From assembly GCA_030704615.1 (NCBI GenBank), contig CM060731.1, positions 51,832,001 to 51,896,000 of the forward strand: DNA of 64,000 nucleotides. The letters run 5' to 3'. The translations under genes were made by a program, and so were the position numbers. Shown here piece by piece: positions 49,401 through 61,749 of the stretch (position 1 is the stretch's first letter; each line of letters begins with the position of its first letter). The DNA comes from Takakia lepidozioides. Lineage: Eukaryota > Plantae > Bryophyta. Under the pieces are notes generated by a model. The model did not search any database. It was not told the DNA's origin and worked only from the letters and a program-made list of their open reading frames with translations.

Positions 49401-50499
49401 GACACTCTCTCTATACATACACTCTCTCTTGTGCCATTCCGCATACTCCTCCTTAGGGCACACCACGGACTCCCACATAAAACACTATTTTAACTAATTC
49501 TGGACTTTTGTTTGGTCCAAAAATAATATGAGAAATATGAATAAACAAAATTTATTATTGAAATAAAGCGATATATATGATTATTTTGGTTATTTTATAC
49601 ACAATATAATCCTCCAAACATTTTTTGGAGACAATATAAGTATGTATTGTGGTTTTAGAAGAACATCCACTGCGAAGTTGACGTTCACAAAAAAAATGGG
49701 ATGATGCAATAAATTACACCATGATGTGAGGTCAGATATGTAAAACGTTTTGCAAAAAATGGTTGCCATATCAGATGACATACAAAACCAAACATAGAAC
49801 AATCATGGCATGTGATGAAGAGGATGATATGAAAGAATGTGTCCGCATACATTGATGATAAACATTCATATTTTATTAGAGATTGCAACTTTGGCGTTGC
49901 AGTCAGACATAATTTAACGTCAACTGTACATCCGTTGGACTTAATGTTATCCAGCGGCTCGAAGCCATACAACGGCTTACACTAACCCAGTAATATTACA
50001 GAGCCTCCTCCCAAACGGCTCGCAGTCAAGGCATGTGTTCGAAGACGCCTCCGGTTACCACAACCACTTGCAATGGTCTCCGTACCAGATGAAATGGAAA
50101 TACTTTCGGAGAACTCGAACCTAGTAGTAACATTATCATCCGAAAATGTTACTTAGAACTCTACTTGTTGAAAATCTTGATGCCCTTGAAGCCTGCCGGG
50201 AAGCCCGCCATTCTTGCCAATCACGAAGCTTTTCTTCTTCTTTTCGAATTCGCTCCTTGAATGTGACTGGGCAAAACAATTCTTCATATGACAAATGTCA
50301 GCTGAAATGTGGAACATTTGTAGAAAGAATGATAAAATAAAAGTGCAAGTGGAAGACAATTTCAAGATCAAATTCTCCGTAAACAACAAATAGTGGGATA
50401 AGTACATACCAAGGTAATCAGGTTCCTTTTGTTGTGGGATCCAAACACGAGGATCAACATATCTTCCATACCAAGCCCAATAGGCATGGTCACGACCAA

Positions 50500-51110
50500 T
50501 AGGCTTACAAGAATACTTGGCAGGGTTCTTGCTGATGTAATCTACGACTGTTGAAGCTGCAGCCATTTTCAATATATATGGCCACACAGCTTTTGTCATA
50601 TCATCCTGGTCAACCAATCCTTTTGGAGATGGCTTGTATGAAATAGGGAAGAATCCAGTATTTGGTGGGTTTAGGAGGCCATTTGATGGCTCATCATCAA
50701 CAAGGAGTATTTGTCCCTGAGTTGCAAAGGGTGTACCAGGGTAATTGACAAGAACAGTGCGAATATCCTTAACGAGATATTTTCATCCCAGGCATGATGT
50801 AACTGGTAGTGTCTTTGCAATCCTCAGCTGACTGGATGAAGCAAAACTTCTTCGCAATTTTCGTAGGAACTAAGCACTCGAGCATCCTACAAAGAACATG
50901 TCTTTCAGTACATGACCAGATCGCCACGTGAAAATGCATGAACGCAAGGTTGAGAAACTCCAAAACTCCGGGCCGGGGAACCACAAAAGGTATTTCGGGA
51001 ACATGAACTGCAACTTTCCTGAAACGAAATCTCTCCTTAAACAATTCTCCGCCGGTTGGAGGTGGCCGGTAGCAAAGGAGACCGTTGACACTCAATATTA
51101 ATAGCATCCG
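50500..51110 (-). pseudogene. FCP1/NIF-like HAD phosphatase domain, frameshifted
   Basis: LLILSVNGLL...PRPGVLEFL..AFMHFHVAIWS...QSAEDC, then after a frameshift KDIRTV...ILLVDDEP...LNPPNTG.FP. The nucleophile Asp position is Ser. Confidence 0.72.
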
Positions 51111-52189
51111 TTTCCTCTTCCCCGATGTGGCAAATGAAGGTTGATGGACAATACCATCCTGCGCAATTTAAGTGTTCTCGCCGTCAGAAACAACACGATG
51201 TAGTGTTTTTTAGTTTTAGAGTGACCTCTACGTTTTCGGAGACATAAGTGGCCCGACAATGGACTACTGTAAAGGACCAAGAGTAGACCATATATCGAAG
51301 AGTTCGAGATCACGAAAAGATGAACGTCGGCTGTCAAGTGGAGGTTAGTGGACGCACCTTGTCGGGAGGCGCATTTAAGAAGTTATGCGGCTCCATACTC
51401 GCTTGTATAGAAATTACGAAGTTAGTTTGGGACAGAAAAACAAATTGCAAACGAAAGTGGAGAAATTGTTTTGAAATGTACCATTGAAGCCTTATTGGAA
51501 TGTCTTACAGAAGAACAGTGGATTCCCGCGGGCTTGGATTGACGAGGCGCCACAACATCAGAAAGTCCTCAAGTGTTTGGAGTCCGCTCTTTTTTTCTTG
51601 TCAGCCTTTGTCCTTTGGAATGATTCCCTGCAGAGGAAGGAAATGGCTCGGGGGCTCTTTTTCGCCTCTTTGGTGCAGAACATTGTGCGAGCAGTTCAAG
51701 GTCACGTTGTGTCGATGTTGGAGATGTTTTGCCATTGAACGACGGGAGAAGTGGAGGGGCAACAACAGGCAAACACAGAAAATTGTCCCTTGAGCACTCG
51801 ACATCCTGGATGGAATGAAAACGCAACAAAGGAATAATTTACCTCGGAACTGCATTCCAATGCAGACCTCGTTTGACAGGAAGGTCATAATCTGCAGATT
51901 TTCTTACCTGGAGCGACAGATGAATATCAGACCCCAAACTAAGTGAAACTAGGAGAATGAGCAAGGAGCGAGAAATGAGTTTAAGTCACTTGACGCCTGC
52001 GGATTTGGGCTGTCTAACCTTCGTGCTGGGGAGATATGCGAGGAAGAGACGGAAGCAAGTGCAGCGGAGCCGTAGCCAAGTCCCCGACGGTTGGATAGAC
52101 CAGACCCTGCGTACTGAACAGGGAGGGTGAGGAATGTTGGGAAAGGTCGATAAAGTCTCCGAGATATTCTGTCGACCAACACATTGGCA

Positions 52190-52650
52190 CACTGGGGAAA
52201 CAAATTTTTGTCCATTATGATATAGTCCACAATGGAACGTTCGCCAGTTTGGGATTTCTCACGAGTGCACTACACTTGGTCACCTCTTGTCCTGTTATTC
52301 AAGGTCAAAAGCTGAAGCTCTTCCAAACAGTTAATTAACCGTCTGCCATTAGAATTCAGCTCGTCCTCACCAAAAGGCCCAATGATATCGTCCGGATGGA
52401 GACCTTTGCCCACCTGGGCATTGAAGTCACCCAATAGAACCACCTGACCTTTGGCAAGGAACGAAGCACAGTCCAGCTTTACATCTTCAAAGGCTTTGTC
52501 TGCGTCAACACTAATGGTCTGTATACACAACCCACAAAGAGGTCCTTCGTATTCACGCCCTTCAGATTCAGTTTTAGCCAGATACTATGCTCATACCTCA
52601 AACCCTTGTTGATAATTTTCTCATACCTCAAACCCTTGTTGATAATTTTC
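52190..52650 (-). mobile_element. LINE ORF2 apurinic endonuclease fragment
   Basis: SIWLKL, VGCVYRP, VVLLGDFNAQVG, NSNGRRL, SIVDYI. Stops and frameshifts are present, with a perfect 30-bp tandem duplication at 52591-52650. Confidence 0.85.
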
Positions 52651-53093
52651 AGACGATAGTGTTTGGGCACTAGACATGCTTGACACAACCCCATCCAGTC
52701 AATTCCTATTGCGAGGATCAGAAATGCTTGACAATTTATCTGCATCTATTTATTGACCAGGTGATCCTGGGTTCAATCCTTCAACATGTGCCTTCAGACT
52801 GTCCATTGGGCCCTCGATGGCCTGTGTGTTGAGCAGTAGGTTCTGTAAATTCACTGGACGTTAAAGATCTTTATCTTTATCTTTATCTCTTCATATTGAC
52901 TAACTTCTTACTATTAAATGTTCACTTACTACATTTAATAATGATGTGTGGCTTAAAGCCTTCCTATTGCATTTGCCCAAACAGTAGCAGGCTCTATACC
53001 AAGTCCTGAGCGCATCCTGCAATCATCGAGTGCCCATCTTTTTTAGCCATTTTGCGGAACACTTGACGCGCTTCTTACACCCCACCATTTTGC

Positions 53094-53430
53094 CTAGGTG
53101 TCGATGTCAAAGGCATTTTCCAAATTAATATATGATGCAATTCGAGCTTTGATAATGTCAGCATGGATCCACTTAACCCTTTGCAGGGCTCCTAGGCTGG
53201 CACATGCATTGAGCAGATTGATCAATGTAACCTTGTCAGCTCTTTGCATGAAGGCCTGAGCATGTCTTGCGACCATTGCACTCGATGACACCATATCAAG
53301 ATTATCCATTTTGTCAAACACTTAACGTGCCTCTTTCACACTCCTGCATTTAGCATAGTAGTCTCCAAATTAATATATGACACAATTCCAGCTTCCTTGA
53401 TGTCAGCAAGGATCTACTTCCCGTTTTCCA
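53094..53430 (-). pseudogene. PLS-class PPR gene fragment
   Basis: YAKCRSVKEAR*VFDKM, DKVTLINLLNACASLGALQRVKWIHADIIKA; closely resembles repeats of the PPR gene at 58888-60882. Confidence 0.85.
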
Positions 53431-55288
53431 GTGCTCCTCAGCTATCACGGGCATCGAGAATGGTAATATACGTGAAGAGGCAATCCGATCAACAAATGGA
53501 AAGCCCTTCACACAAGCATCAATCTACTGTGTGGGAGTTGAGGAGGAGGAGAGGGACCTTTCTGACCAGGATGACATCCTCCCCCAGATCCCCAAGCCCC
53601 AAACGAGTGTGAGCAGCCCAAAAAGGTAGACCTAGGGCTTTATGCAGATTTTCAAAGTTGGTGAACAGAGGTGCAGGAATCACGTTTATTTTGTTCCTGA
53701 AGACGGTTGTCTTCACACATCGGGCAATGACATTCTCATTTTCCTCTCTGCATCTGTTTGTTAGGTAGGCCCCTCACCCTTAGTTCAAATTTTAGTCCAG
53801 TGCCAACTGTATGTTGGCCGTTCAGATCATCCTTCTAAGGTCCTTGCCAATGTCCGGAAATTTCATGCTTAACTTTTTTTTCTGCCTTTTCCGCAAAGCC
53901 TGTTTAACAAAACGGTCTTCCTTCCAAGAAATTATCAGTGTTAGAATTGGATCGACATCAGTAACCTAGTTTAACCTGCCAAAGGTTCCATTTTTTTAAG
54001 CGGCGCTGCCTATTATATTACTCACTGAAGATGAAAAAGGTTGAAATATCAGGATTAGTAGAGACTCTTTCAAAATTGATTTGAACATATCTAGGACGCT
54101 GTCAAATTGCCCAAGCAGCAGAGAATGAGGCCCGGTGGCATGGTTTCAATGAAAAATCTTGAGATCTTTAATGTTTACACAGTATTTCTATGGAGTATGA
54201 TTATGGTTCGCTAGTGACTGTAAAGCTGAGAGGGGAAGGTTAGTGTATATTTCCTAGAAAACAGACGTAGCCCAAACATTATCATTACTGGCAAAGATGG
54301 CCAATGATTGAGATTGGGAGTTACAGCGGAGTTCTGCACAGGTCTAGGACCCAATAAAAACTCATTTTGTAGAAAGACCATACAACAATCATTTACATTT
54401 TCAAGCAAGAAGTTCAATATGCATATTCACAGGGTAAAGGTCGAAGAGGGAAAGAGAAACATATGAGTAATTGGCTGCCATCATTAAGTTCCAGCGTAAT
54501 TTGAGGTTCTATATGAAACTCAGTCTGCTTACCACTGCAATGCCAGCAAAGTGCAGGGTCAACTCCAGACCTAAATTTGGAAAGTATGAATAAAAGAGCA
54601 TATGTAATGAGTGTCACCAAATTTGGACTATCAACATCTTGAAGAGACATAACTAGCAGCTAGACCTCTTCACCAATATCATCAGCTATTAGGACCAGCC
54701 ACTGCCTAACAAACAGGCCTCCCAAAACACCAACACAAATAGACATGCAAAAATGTCTAGGTCGTGGTGCAACAGGAAACCAACCTGGCAAACTGCAAGG
54801 ACCAGTAAAAGTACTGACAAACTTTCTGAAGAATGGGTGTACCGATCTCTGGAAATCTCCACTTCGCCTAACTCTGTCTAAATTGTGAAAATCAAGTGAA
54901 CAGAGACAAACAGATGAACAGAAAATTGGATGGCATCCTAGCCCCTGCGGAGCTCAGTGCAAATCTTATGATTGGTCTGGTCCGTAGCATTATAGCTCTG
55001 GACACTGAACATCACTTACATAACAAAAAAATGTAACCTACAATGATGGCCACTGAATGTATAGCATTCAAAGAAAACAGGATGCCAATTTGCTGTTCTT
55101 TGCATCTGAGGAGATGGAGGTGGAGAGGCTTGAGTGTCCCATCGGAACCTTGTGAGCCCTGAATAGTGGGGATTCCTCAGATGCTGAGAGAAAGAAAAAG
55201 AAAAGGATCCAAACCAAAGTGAGTGTGAGCAATTAGCCACCATCTAATTCAAGGATGAGGTACAACTGTGGTGAATTAAGCACCGTAC

Positions 55289-55436
55289 TTGATCTCCGTT
55301 AGCAAGCTGGCCCCAATATACACGCCCGAAGCCTCCTTCCCCCAGCTTGTTGTCATAGTTGAAGTTGTTTGTGGCTGCGTGTAGCTCTCTCAATGAAAAT
55401 ATGCGCCATGTGCTGCTCTTCTTCCCTTCAGCTGGC
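55289..55436 (-). pseudogene. Isolated exon of a receptor-like cytoplasmic kinase (RLCK-XV / PTI1-like type)
   Basis: AG|G CCA... reads [49 protein letters not shown]|GT. Downstream kinase exons (AVKRL, HRD, DFG) were not found. Confidence 0.85.
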
Positions 55437-55870
55437 CTACATACAGGACCACATTTGCATAGACAGGCTCAGTTAGTGAAAAGTAAGAGTTCTCAGGTCA
55501 CAGAGGATTGTGGCAGAGTTCAGACTTAAAAGATTTAATAAACCACTACAGGATCCTTTTTGGAGATGGACCGATACTGGACTGAACAGGAAAAAGAATG
55601 GGTTGACAAATTTGGACACCACGGCCAGCACAAGGCTAGGTTTTCAGCTCATTATTGGTGAAGCACACCAATCAATGCAGAGGCCTGTCAGTGCGAGGCC
55701 GACATTCCACTGGCTATCTGAATGTGGGTTGATTACAGCCAGCCTTGAATTTTATGGCCCGTCCAAAGCTTGAGTCTTCAGCTTAAGTTCCATGTCTGTC
55801 AACTGGATTGCATGTCCTACCCCTTGTATGCACATTGAGAATACTTTGAACATTTGGGATCCTGGAACAG

Positions 55871-56035
55871 GTCACCAGGTTCAAGTGCGGGAGATCCACC
55901 ATTGGGTTTGGAATGAGACATTTGTTGTGGGATGGCCCTGGAGCTATTGATTTCCTCACCAACTTGACATCATTTGCCAAAGGTGGGGAGCTGGTTTTGG
56001 TTCTCCAGCCTGACCAAACAATGTGCAAACCTTTA
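55871..56035 (+). pseudogene. BAHD acyltransferase fragment with HXXXD motif
   Basis: cag|VTRFKCGRSTIGFGMRHLLWDGPGAIDFLTNLTSFAKG...PDQTM begins at the conserved BAHD 'Q' intron position. No DFGWG found. Confidence 0.8.
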
Positions 56036-58599
56036 TGTAGAAGGATCCTCAGCAGCATGAGCTGGCTGTTATTCTATGTAAGTACATGGAAGATATCAGA
56101 ACTTGTATACTACAATTACACATGACGATCTTTCTTTACACTCGGATTTTTGGTGAGCTAAAAGACAACTACTATCATGATGAGAAACTGGAGAATCTGC
56201 TACACGTTGCAGGTACTATGTAGAGGGGTCTAATTCGGCTCTGATATACTCAATCTCTGTATGTAGATATCATTTCTATTTTCTGTTTTTAGGGTTGTTT
56301 GTCTTTATCTTCACTTCTTTATCTTGATAGTGTAGCTTTAGCTATCATACAGCGATAAGACCACAATCACAGATGTTAATTGATAACAGGCCGATGCAGG
56401 TTTCAGCACAGAAAGTTACTGAAGCCTTTCTTTCTTGCACTCGTGAAAGAAAGGGCCAAATGTCTCTCAGGTCAGATGATAGTGAATCAGAAAGTGAATA
56501 TTGTCTTCAGCTTGCCCACAATCCCTTTTTCTTCTCTCTGTCTGTTTGCCGTCCAAAGGTAGGCTTCCTGCCTGAAAAATTGTAGTACCTGATGCATGAT
56601 CATGATAGGAGGCTTCGGAGATCTCTTCCACTTCCAACAAGCTAGCAAGCATAGGATGCCAATAATTGCAACCACAGCTGCAACAACAGCCGCAACAGCA
56701 CCCAAAATCTTCGCAAGGGAACTATGATGATGGGAATCTTTCCTTCTTGCCTCTGTCACATACACTCACCCAGTTTGAAATGATGAAATCTGTGCAGTTG
56801 CCCAAAATTCTGATTATGGAGGTGGGAACAAAAGGAGCTGAACCAGTACAAGAGTTTCACTCGAGTCTTTGAAAGTCGCCGTTTCTCTCTGCGAGGTTCC
56901 GTTACAACCGACACACACAAATGACGACGATGACATGGCTGACGACGACGACGTGGCTACCATGACGTGTCAACGATGATGTGGCACTATGCCACCCTAT
57001 TCCTGCTCTACATTAAACTAGACTCCGATCTTCAGTCGTCGCTAGAATTATGAAAATCATTTCTGTCAAATCCGCTTTAATGTTACTTAAGTAACTGGTT
57101 GATTGGATACCTTTTTTTCTCAACAAAGCTCAAGCAGCCGACGTTGCTTGGGTTTGGCGAAAGTACTGTTAGATCGCACGCCTACATTAAATTCTTACGT
57201 GATTCGTATTGTTTTCGGAATCAATCCAACATGTGTCCACCAAAGTGATAGGAAAGGAGCTAAAATTTGGCTCAGGATTATAATTTCGCCAAGCAATAGC
57301 CACCCTCACTTACGGGCCCATTCACACTTGCAGGTAATGTAAGGCAGGGGTAACTTAACCTCCCAGCTCGTGGCAAATAAATTGTCTATGGGCTCACTGT
57401 GTATGTGCAAGGAGATTCTTTCTGCAGAACGACAAAGTTAATCTATTGTCTCTTCTATCTCTCCCATGGTATACGTCATAGGTATCTTAACCTTGCTCAA
57501 GGGCATGGGTTGTAAAAAAAAAATTGCTGACTTTATTTTGTCATAAACACATTGTACTGGATTAGGCAGACTTCACCTCTCCTCAAAGCCACACTAAGCT
57601 GAGCAGTCTCCAAACCGACACTTGTATCTCTTTGTCGTGAGCAGAGGAAAACAATTCTGCTCCTGCTTCACTTCCTGCGTGGAAGGTATCTCAACTGGTA
57701 TATTATTAATTCATCTGCCTGCCTCAATGTTGTATTGTGCGAAAGGTGAATCTGATCTGGAGATGGTGGGGAATCAGGAGTTCTGAGTTGAGTTTGGGGT
57801 GAGAGATGGGGTAGATTCTAGGTACATGCAGCTTCCAAATCTTTTGAAAATCTGCATTTATCCGTCTATTTCAATGTTGTGCAGAAAGCAGATAACACCA
57901 GAGGGTTGAAGAGCCTGTTCCTGTTCCCCCTTGTACCTCGGGGCAAATCAAATTGGTGAACATTTTTGTTTGCAGTTGGGTATTGTATGTAGGCACCGGC
58001 TACTCCACTTACCAGCGTGCCTGCAACAGCCAAATTTCTTGGATGTTCAGTGACCTGGCAGCCATTTGACCCTATCTAGGATGCATATTTGATCCGGAGA
58101 AAGACTGAAACTCATGTCCAGAGATTGCCACATTCTGTCTAGAGAATTCTGGAGATGTGTTGCTTTGTGCCTTCTGTGCGCCCAGCCATTTTGTTCAGTA
58201 AAGAGGTCTGGCAACTAATTTCCACTCCTACATGGCCACCCGCTAGTAACACACTATCTGGTGTGAATCTCTTTCAAGGTAAGCATTAACTTTATCCTTA
58301 ACCCTGTCTAAATTTTGAAAACATTTCAAAACTTAAATGTGAGTTCGCAAGTAGGTAAGTTACCTGCAGATATTCATTACCTGCAAGTTTGAATGGGCAA
58401 TAGTGAGATTGGTGAGGTGCACCTACGGTAGTCTGCCACATGGGGTGCCCCATTTGGCTATAGCCACAAGTATTTTTTTGTGGCAAACCAGCGTGCCACC
58501 CAGTGTTAGAAAAGACAGGCAGCGAAGGCTGTCTCGGCACTAGGAACTGTTAGCCAAGCCAAACCACGTTGCTTTTATCCTCACACTCACCACTCTCAG

Positions 58600-58915
58600 C
58601 TCACAAACTGCCGCGGTGACGACCACATCGGTGGAATCTCCCTCCAGATAGCGCATTCCGTGTTGACAACTCTCCAATAAAATGACTGCTGTTTGATGAT
58701 GATACTAGCAAGACATCCTTGGGGGACCCAAAGCAGCGACCAGCTTCTCATTGGAGGCAAAGAAGAAAGTTCTACTAACTCCTCCTGTACATTGTGTAAT
58801 GCAAAGCACATATTAGGCATACTGCACCTCCTTCATCTGGGCCTAAATTGTCTGCGTAGCACCCTCCTCAGCTCAGCTTGGATTTCCTCAATTGTGGATG
58901 AATTTGTCTCCTACA
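58600..58915 (-). pseudogene. Frameshifted remnant of the E+/DYW deaminase domain
   Basis: IVGDK..H (FxVGD..HP), QMKE, MPNMCFALHNVQEE (YxPD..vLHDVEEE), NEKLVAALG (HSEKLAIAFG) and a downstream RFHR-like segment, spread across several frames. Confidence 0.7.
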
Positions 58916-60882
58916 ATATGCTGTGGATTGCAGTCAAGTAGACCTTTAACCACACGTTTGGCTCGCTCCACATCACCATGAATTCTGCAGGAAGTGAGCA
59001 AGGCACCCCACACCGGAGCACCTGGCCTGATTGGGATTTTCTTAATGAAGTCCTCAGCATCATCCAATCGTCCTGCGCGGCCAAGAAGGTCAACCATGCA
59101 ACCAAAATGCTCCACTGTGGGTGTCAGGCCATGATCTCGACTCATGGAATGGAAGTAGTGACGGCCTTCATCCACTAGGCCCACATGGGTACATGCAGAG
59201 AGAAGACATATAAAGGTACTGCCGTTTGGCTTCAAACCTTCATGTTGCATTTGTTCAAACAGTTGGAGGGCCTCCCTCCCATACCCATGCTGAGCATATC
59301 CTCCGATAAGCGTGTTCCATGTAACCACATCTCGATGAGCCATATTGTCGAACATATGACGTGCATCGTTTATGCTCCCACATTTGGCATACATGTTGAC
59401 AAGCGCACTTTCCAGAATGATATCTGGAACAATTCCAGCTTTGCCAATGTCAGCATGAACATCTTTGCCTTTTTCCAGGGCTGCAAGGCTGGCACAGGCA
59501 TTGAGAACACAAATGAATGTGACCTTGTCTGGCATCACCCTTTCACAAATCATTAGCTCATAGATCTCCAAAGCCTCTCTACCACACCCATGCTGAGCGT
59601 ATCCTGTGACCATCGCATTCCAGGAAACCACATTTCTGTGAGCCATACTGTCGAACAATCGCCGTGCATCGTTTATGCTCCCGCATTTGACATACATGTT
59701 AACAAGCGCAGTCTCAAGAATAATATCTGGCACAATTCCAACTTCAATGATGTCAGCATGGACATCTTTCCCCTCTTCCGGGGCTGCCAGCCTGGCACAC
59801 GCATTGAGCACGCAAATGAATGTGACATTATCCGGCATCACCCCTTCCCGAATCATTTCCTCATAGATCTCCAACGCCTCCCTACCACAGCCGTGCTGAG
59901 CATAGCCTGCTATCATCACAGTCCATAAGACCACATTTCGTTGGGCCATATTGTCAAACAATTGACGTGCATCCTTTATGCTCCCGCATTCGGCATACAT
60001 TTCAACAAGGGCAGTCTCCAGAACACTATCTGGCACAATTCTAGCTTTGCTGATGTCAGCATGAACAACTTTGCCCTTTTCCAGGGCTGCCAGGCTAGCA
60101 CAGGCATTGAGGGCACAAATGAATGTGACCTTGTCTGGCATCACCCCTTCCCGTTTCATTTGCTCATATATCTCCAAAGCCTCCCTACCATACCCATGCT
60201 GAACATATCCTGCGGTCAAGGCATTACATGATACCACATCTCGTTGAGCCATATTGTCAAACACATGACGTGCATCCTTCAAGCTCCCACACTTTGCATA
60301 CATGTTAGCCAAGGCAGTCTCCAGAATAATATCAGGTGCAATTCCAGCTTTCATGATGTCAGCATGGATCTCTTTTCCCTTCTCCAGGGCTCCTAGGCTG
60401 GCGCATGCCTTCAGAACACAAATGAATGTAACCCCATTTGGTTTCACCCTGTCCTGTATCATTTGTTCATAGCTCTCAATTGCCTCCCTACAAAACCCAT
60501 GATTGGCATATCCTGCCATCATTATAGTCCACGTAAATACATCTCGTTGAGACATTTTGTCAACCACTTCCCGTGCATCCACCACACTCCCGCATTTGGC
60601 ATACATGTTGACAAGGGCATTGAGGAGAAAAATGTCTGGCTTGTATCCAGTTTGGATAATGTGGGCATGCACCTGCTTCCCTCTAGCTAGGTCTTTAATT
60701 CTGATGCACTCCTGCAAGAGACAGATGTAAGTATTGTAGTCTGCCGAACTGGCTTTTTGGTTCAAAGTGTGCAGCGCCTCTTTCAGTTTGCCTGCCTTAC
60801 GTAGTGAACAGTCCTTGTTTATTCCCTCTCTTGCTCCTCTTTCAAAAGCAGTGGTGATGGTGGGATTGCCTTGTGAAAACAA
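58888..60882 (-). CDS. PLS-class pentatricopeptide repeat protein (about 17 repeats plus E1), truncated before E2/DYW
   Basis: 664-aa intronless ORF with L-S-P triplets (TFICVLNACA; ALVNMYAKCGS..DAR..FD.M..RD; VVSWNA...GYAQHG..REAL), then L2, S2 (HFGCMVDLLGRAG) and E1 (VWGALL.SCRIHG). Confidence 0.93.
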   Translation of the reverse strand: MFSQGNPTITTAFERGAREGINKDCSLRKAGKLKEALHTLNQKASSADYNTYICLLQECIRIKDLARGKQVHAHIIQTGYKPDIFLLNALVNMYAKCGSVVDAREVVDKMSQRDVFTWTIMMAGYANHGFCREAIESYEQMIQDRVKPNGVTFICVLKACASLGALEKGKEIHADIMKAGIAPDIILETALANMYAKCGSLKDARHVFDNMAQRDVVSCNALTAGYVQHGYGREALEIYEQMKREGVMPDKVTFICALNACASLAALEKGKVVHADISKARIVPDSVLETALVEMYAECGSIKDARQLFDNMAQRNVVLWTVMIAGYAQHGCGREALEIYEEMIREGVMPDNVTFICVLNACARLAAPEEGKDVHADIIEVGIVPDIILETALVNMYVKCGSINDARRLFDSMAHRNVVSWNAMVTGYAQHGCGREALEIYELMICERVMPDKVTFICVLNACASLAALEKGKDVHADIGKAGIVPDIILESALVNMYAKCGSINDARHMFDNMAHRDVVTWNTLIGGYAQHGYGREALQLFEQMQHEGLKPNGSTFICLLSACTHVGLVDEGRHYFHSMSRDHGLTPTVEHFGCMVDLLGRAGRLDDAEDFIKKIPIRPGAPVWGALLTSCRIHGDVERAKRVVKGLLDCNPQHIVGDKFIHN

Positions 60883-61749
60883 CTGGATATGATTTATACC
60901 TGCTATCCTGCATAAGTCAAAGCTCTTAGGTACAAGCCTTTATACTCGTGTCAAGGCTCCTAGACACTTCAAAGAGTGATCTCTACGAGAGGGTACAAGG
61001 CTACTGCATCATGTAACGTGCCAATTCTTTCTGTTTAAGGTGGAACCCTCATAAAATAATACCTGCTGTGTTCTTGAACTTGATCTCCATGGTGTGCATT
61101 GACATTAGGACAGTCACCAAATTGTGCTGGACCTTGTCTCATGGCAGCTACCTCTGCGTTCTGCCAAAGAGAGTTTGACCAATTAACAATCCGAAGAGCA
61201 TCCTTTGAGCACTTCTGTGACGTTGGACACACCTGTGAAACCCATGAGATCCAGATCATTTCAGAGTAAAACTGGCTGCAACCACCGAAGATCCATGTCA
61301 TTCGAAGATGTATCTCGAGCTACTTCCTGTCGCTTGGCCTCTAAACCCTAAAACTCTTGTCCAGACCTTAAGCTCGTGTGCATTTGCCATATTCCGAAAC
61401 TATTCCACGATCACGGATGAACAAAACGAGCTGGTCACGGATGAGAACTGATCTTCTATCTCTAACCCATACGGATGTCTTGAGCGTTGAGCCATGGCCG
61501 AATTTGCCTGAACAAGCGGGAATGTTGCGTTCGCAATCTGACATGCTTTGATGATCATATAGTTTGGAAGAGAATGGTGTCCAGAAGGTAAACCAATCAT
61601 TATGTCAAATCGTTTACAAGCAACAGTTACGATGCAGATCACTTCCAGATCAGAAGTTCCTGAAGGCGTTGACTAAAAACATATCTTAAAACTGTGTCTG
61701 AATGAAGCTCACCGTAGGTCCGTAGGCCTCGCCACAGGAGCTGCAGGTT

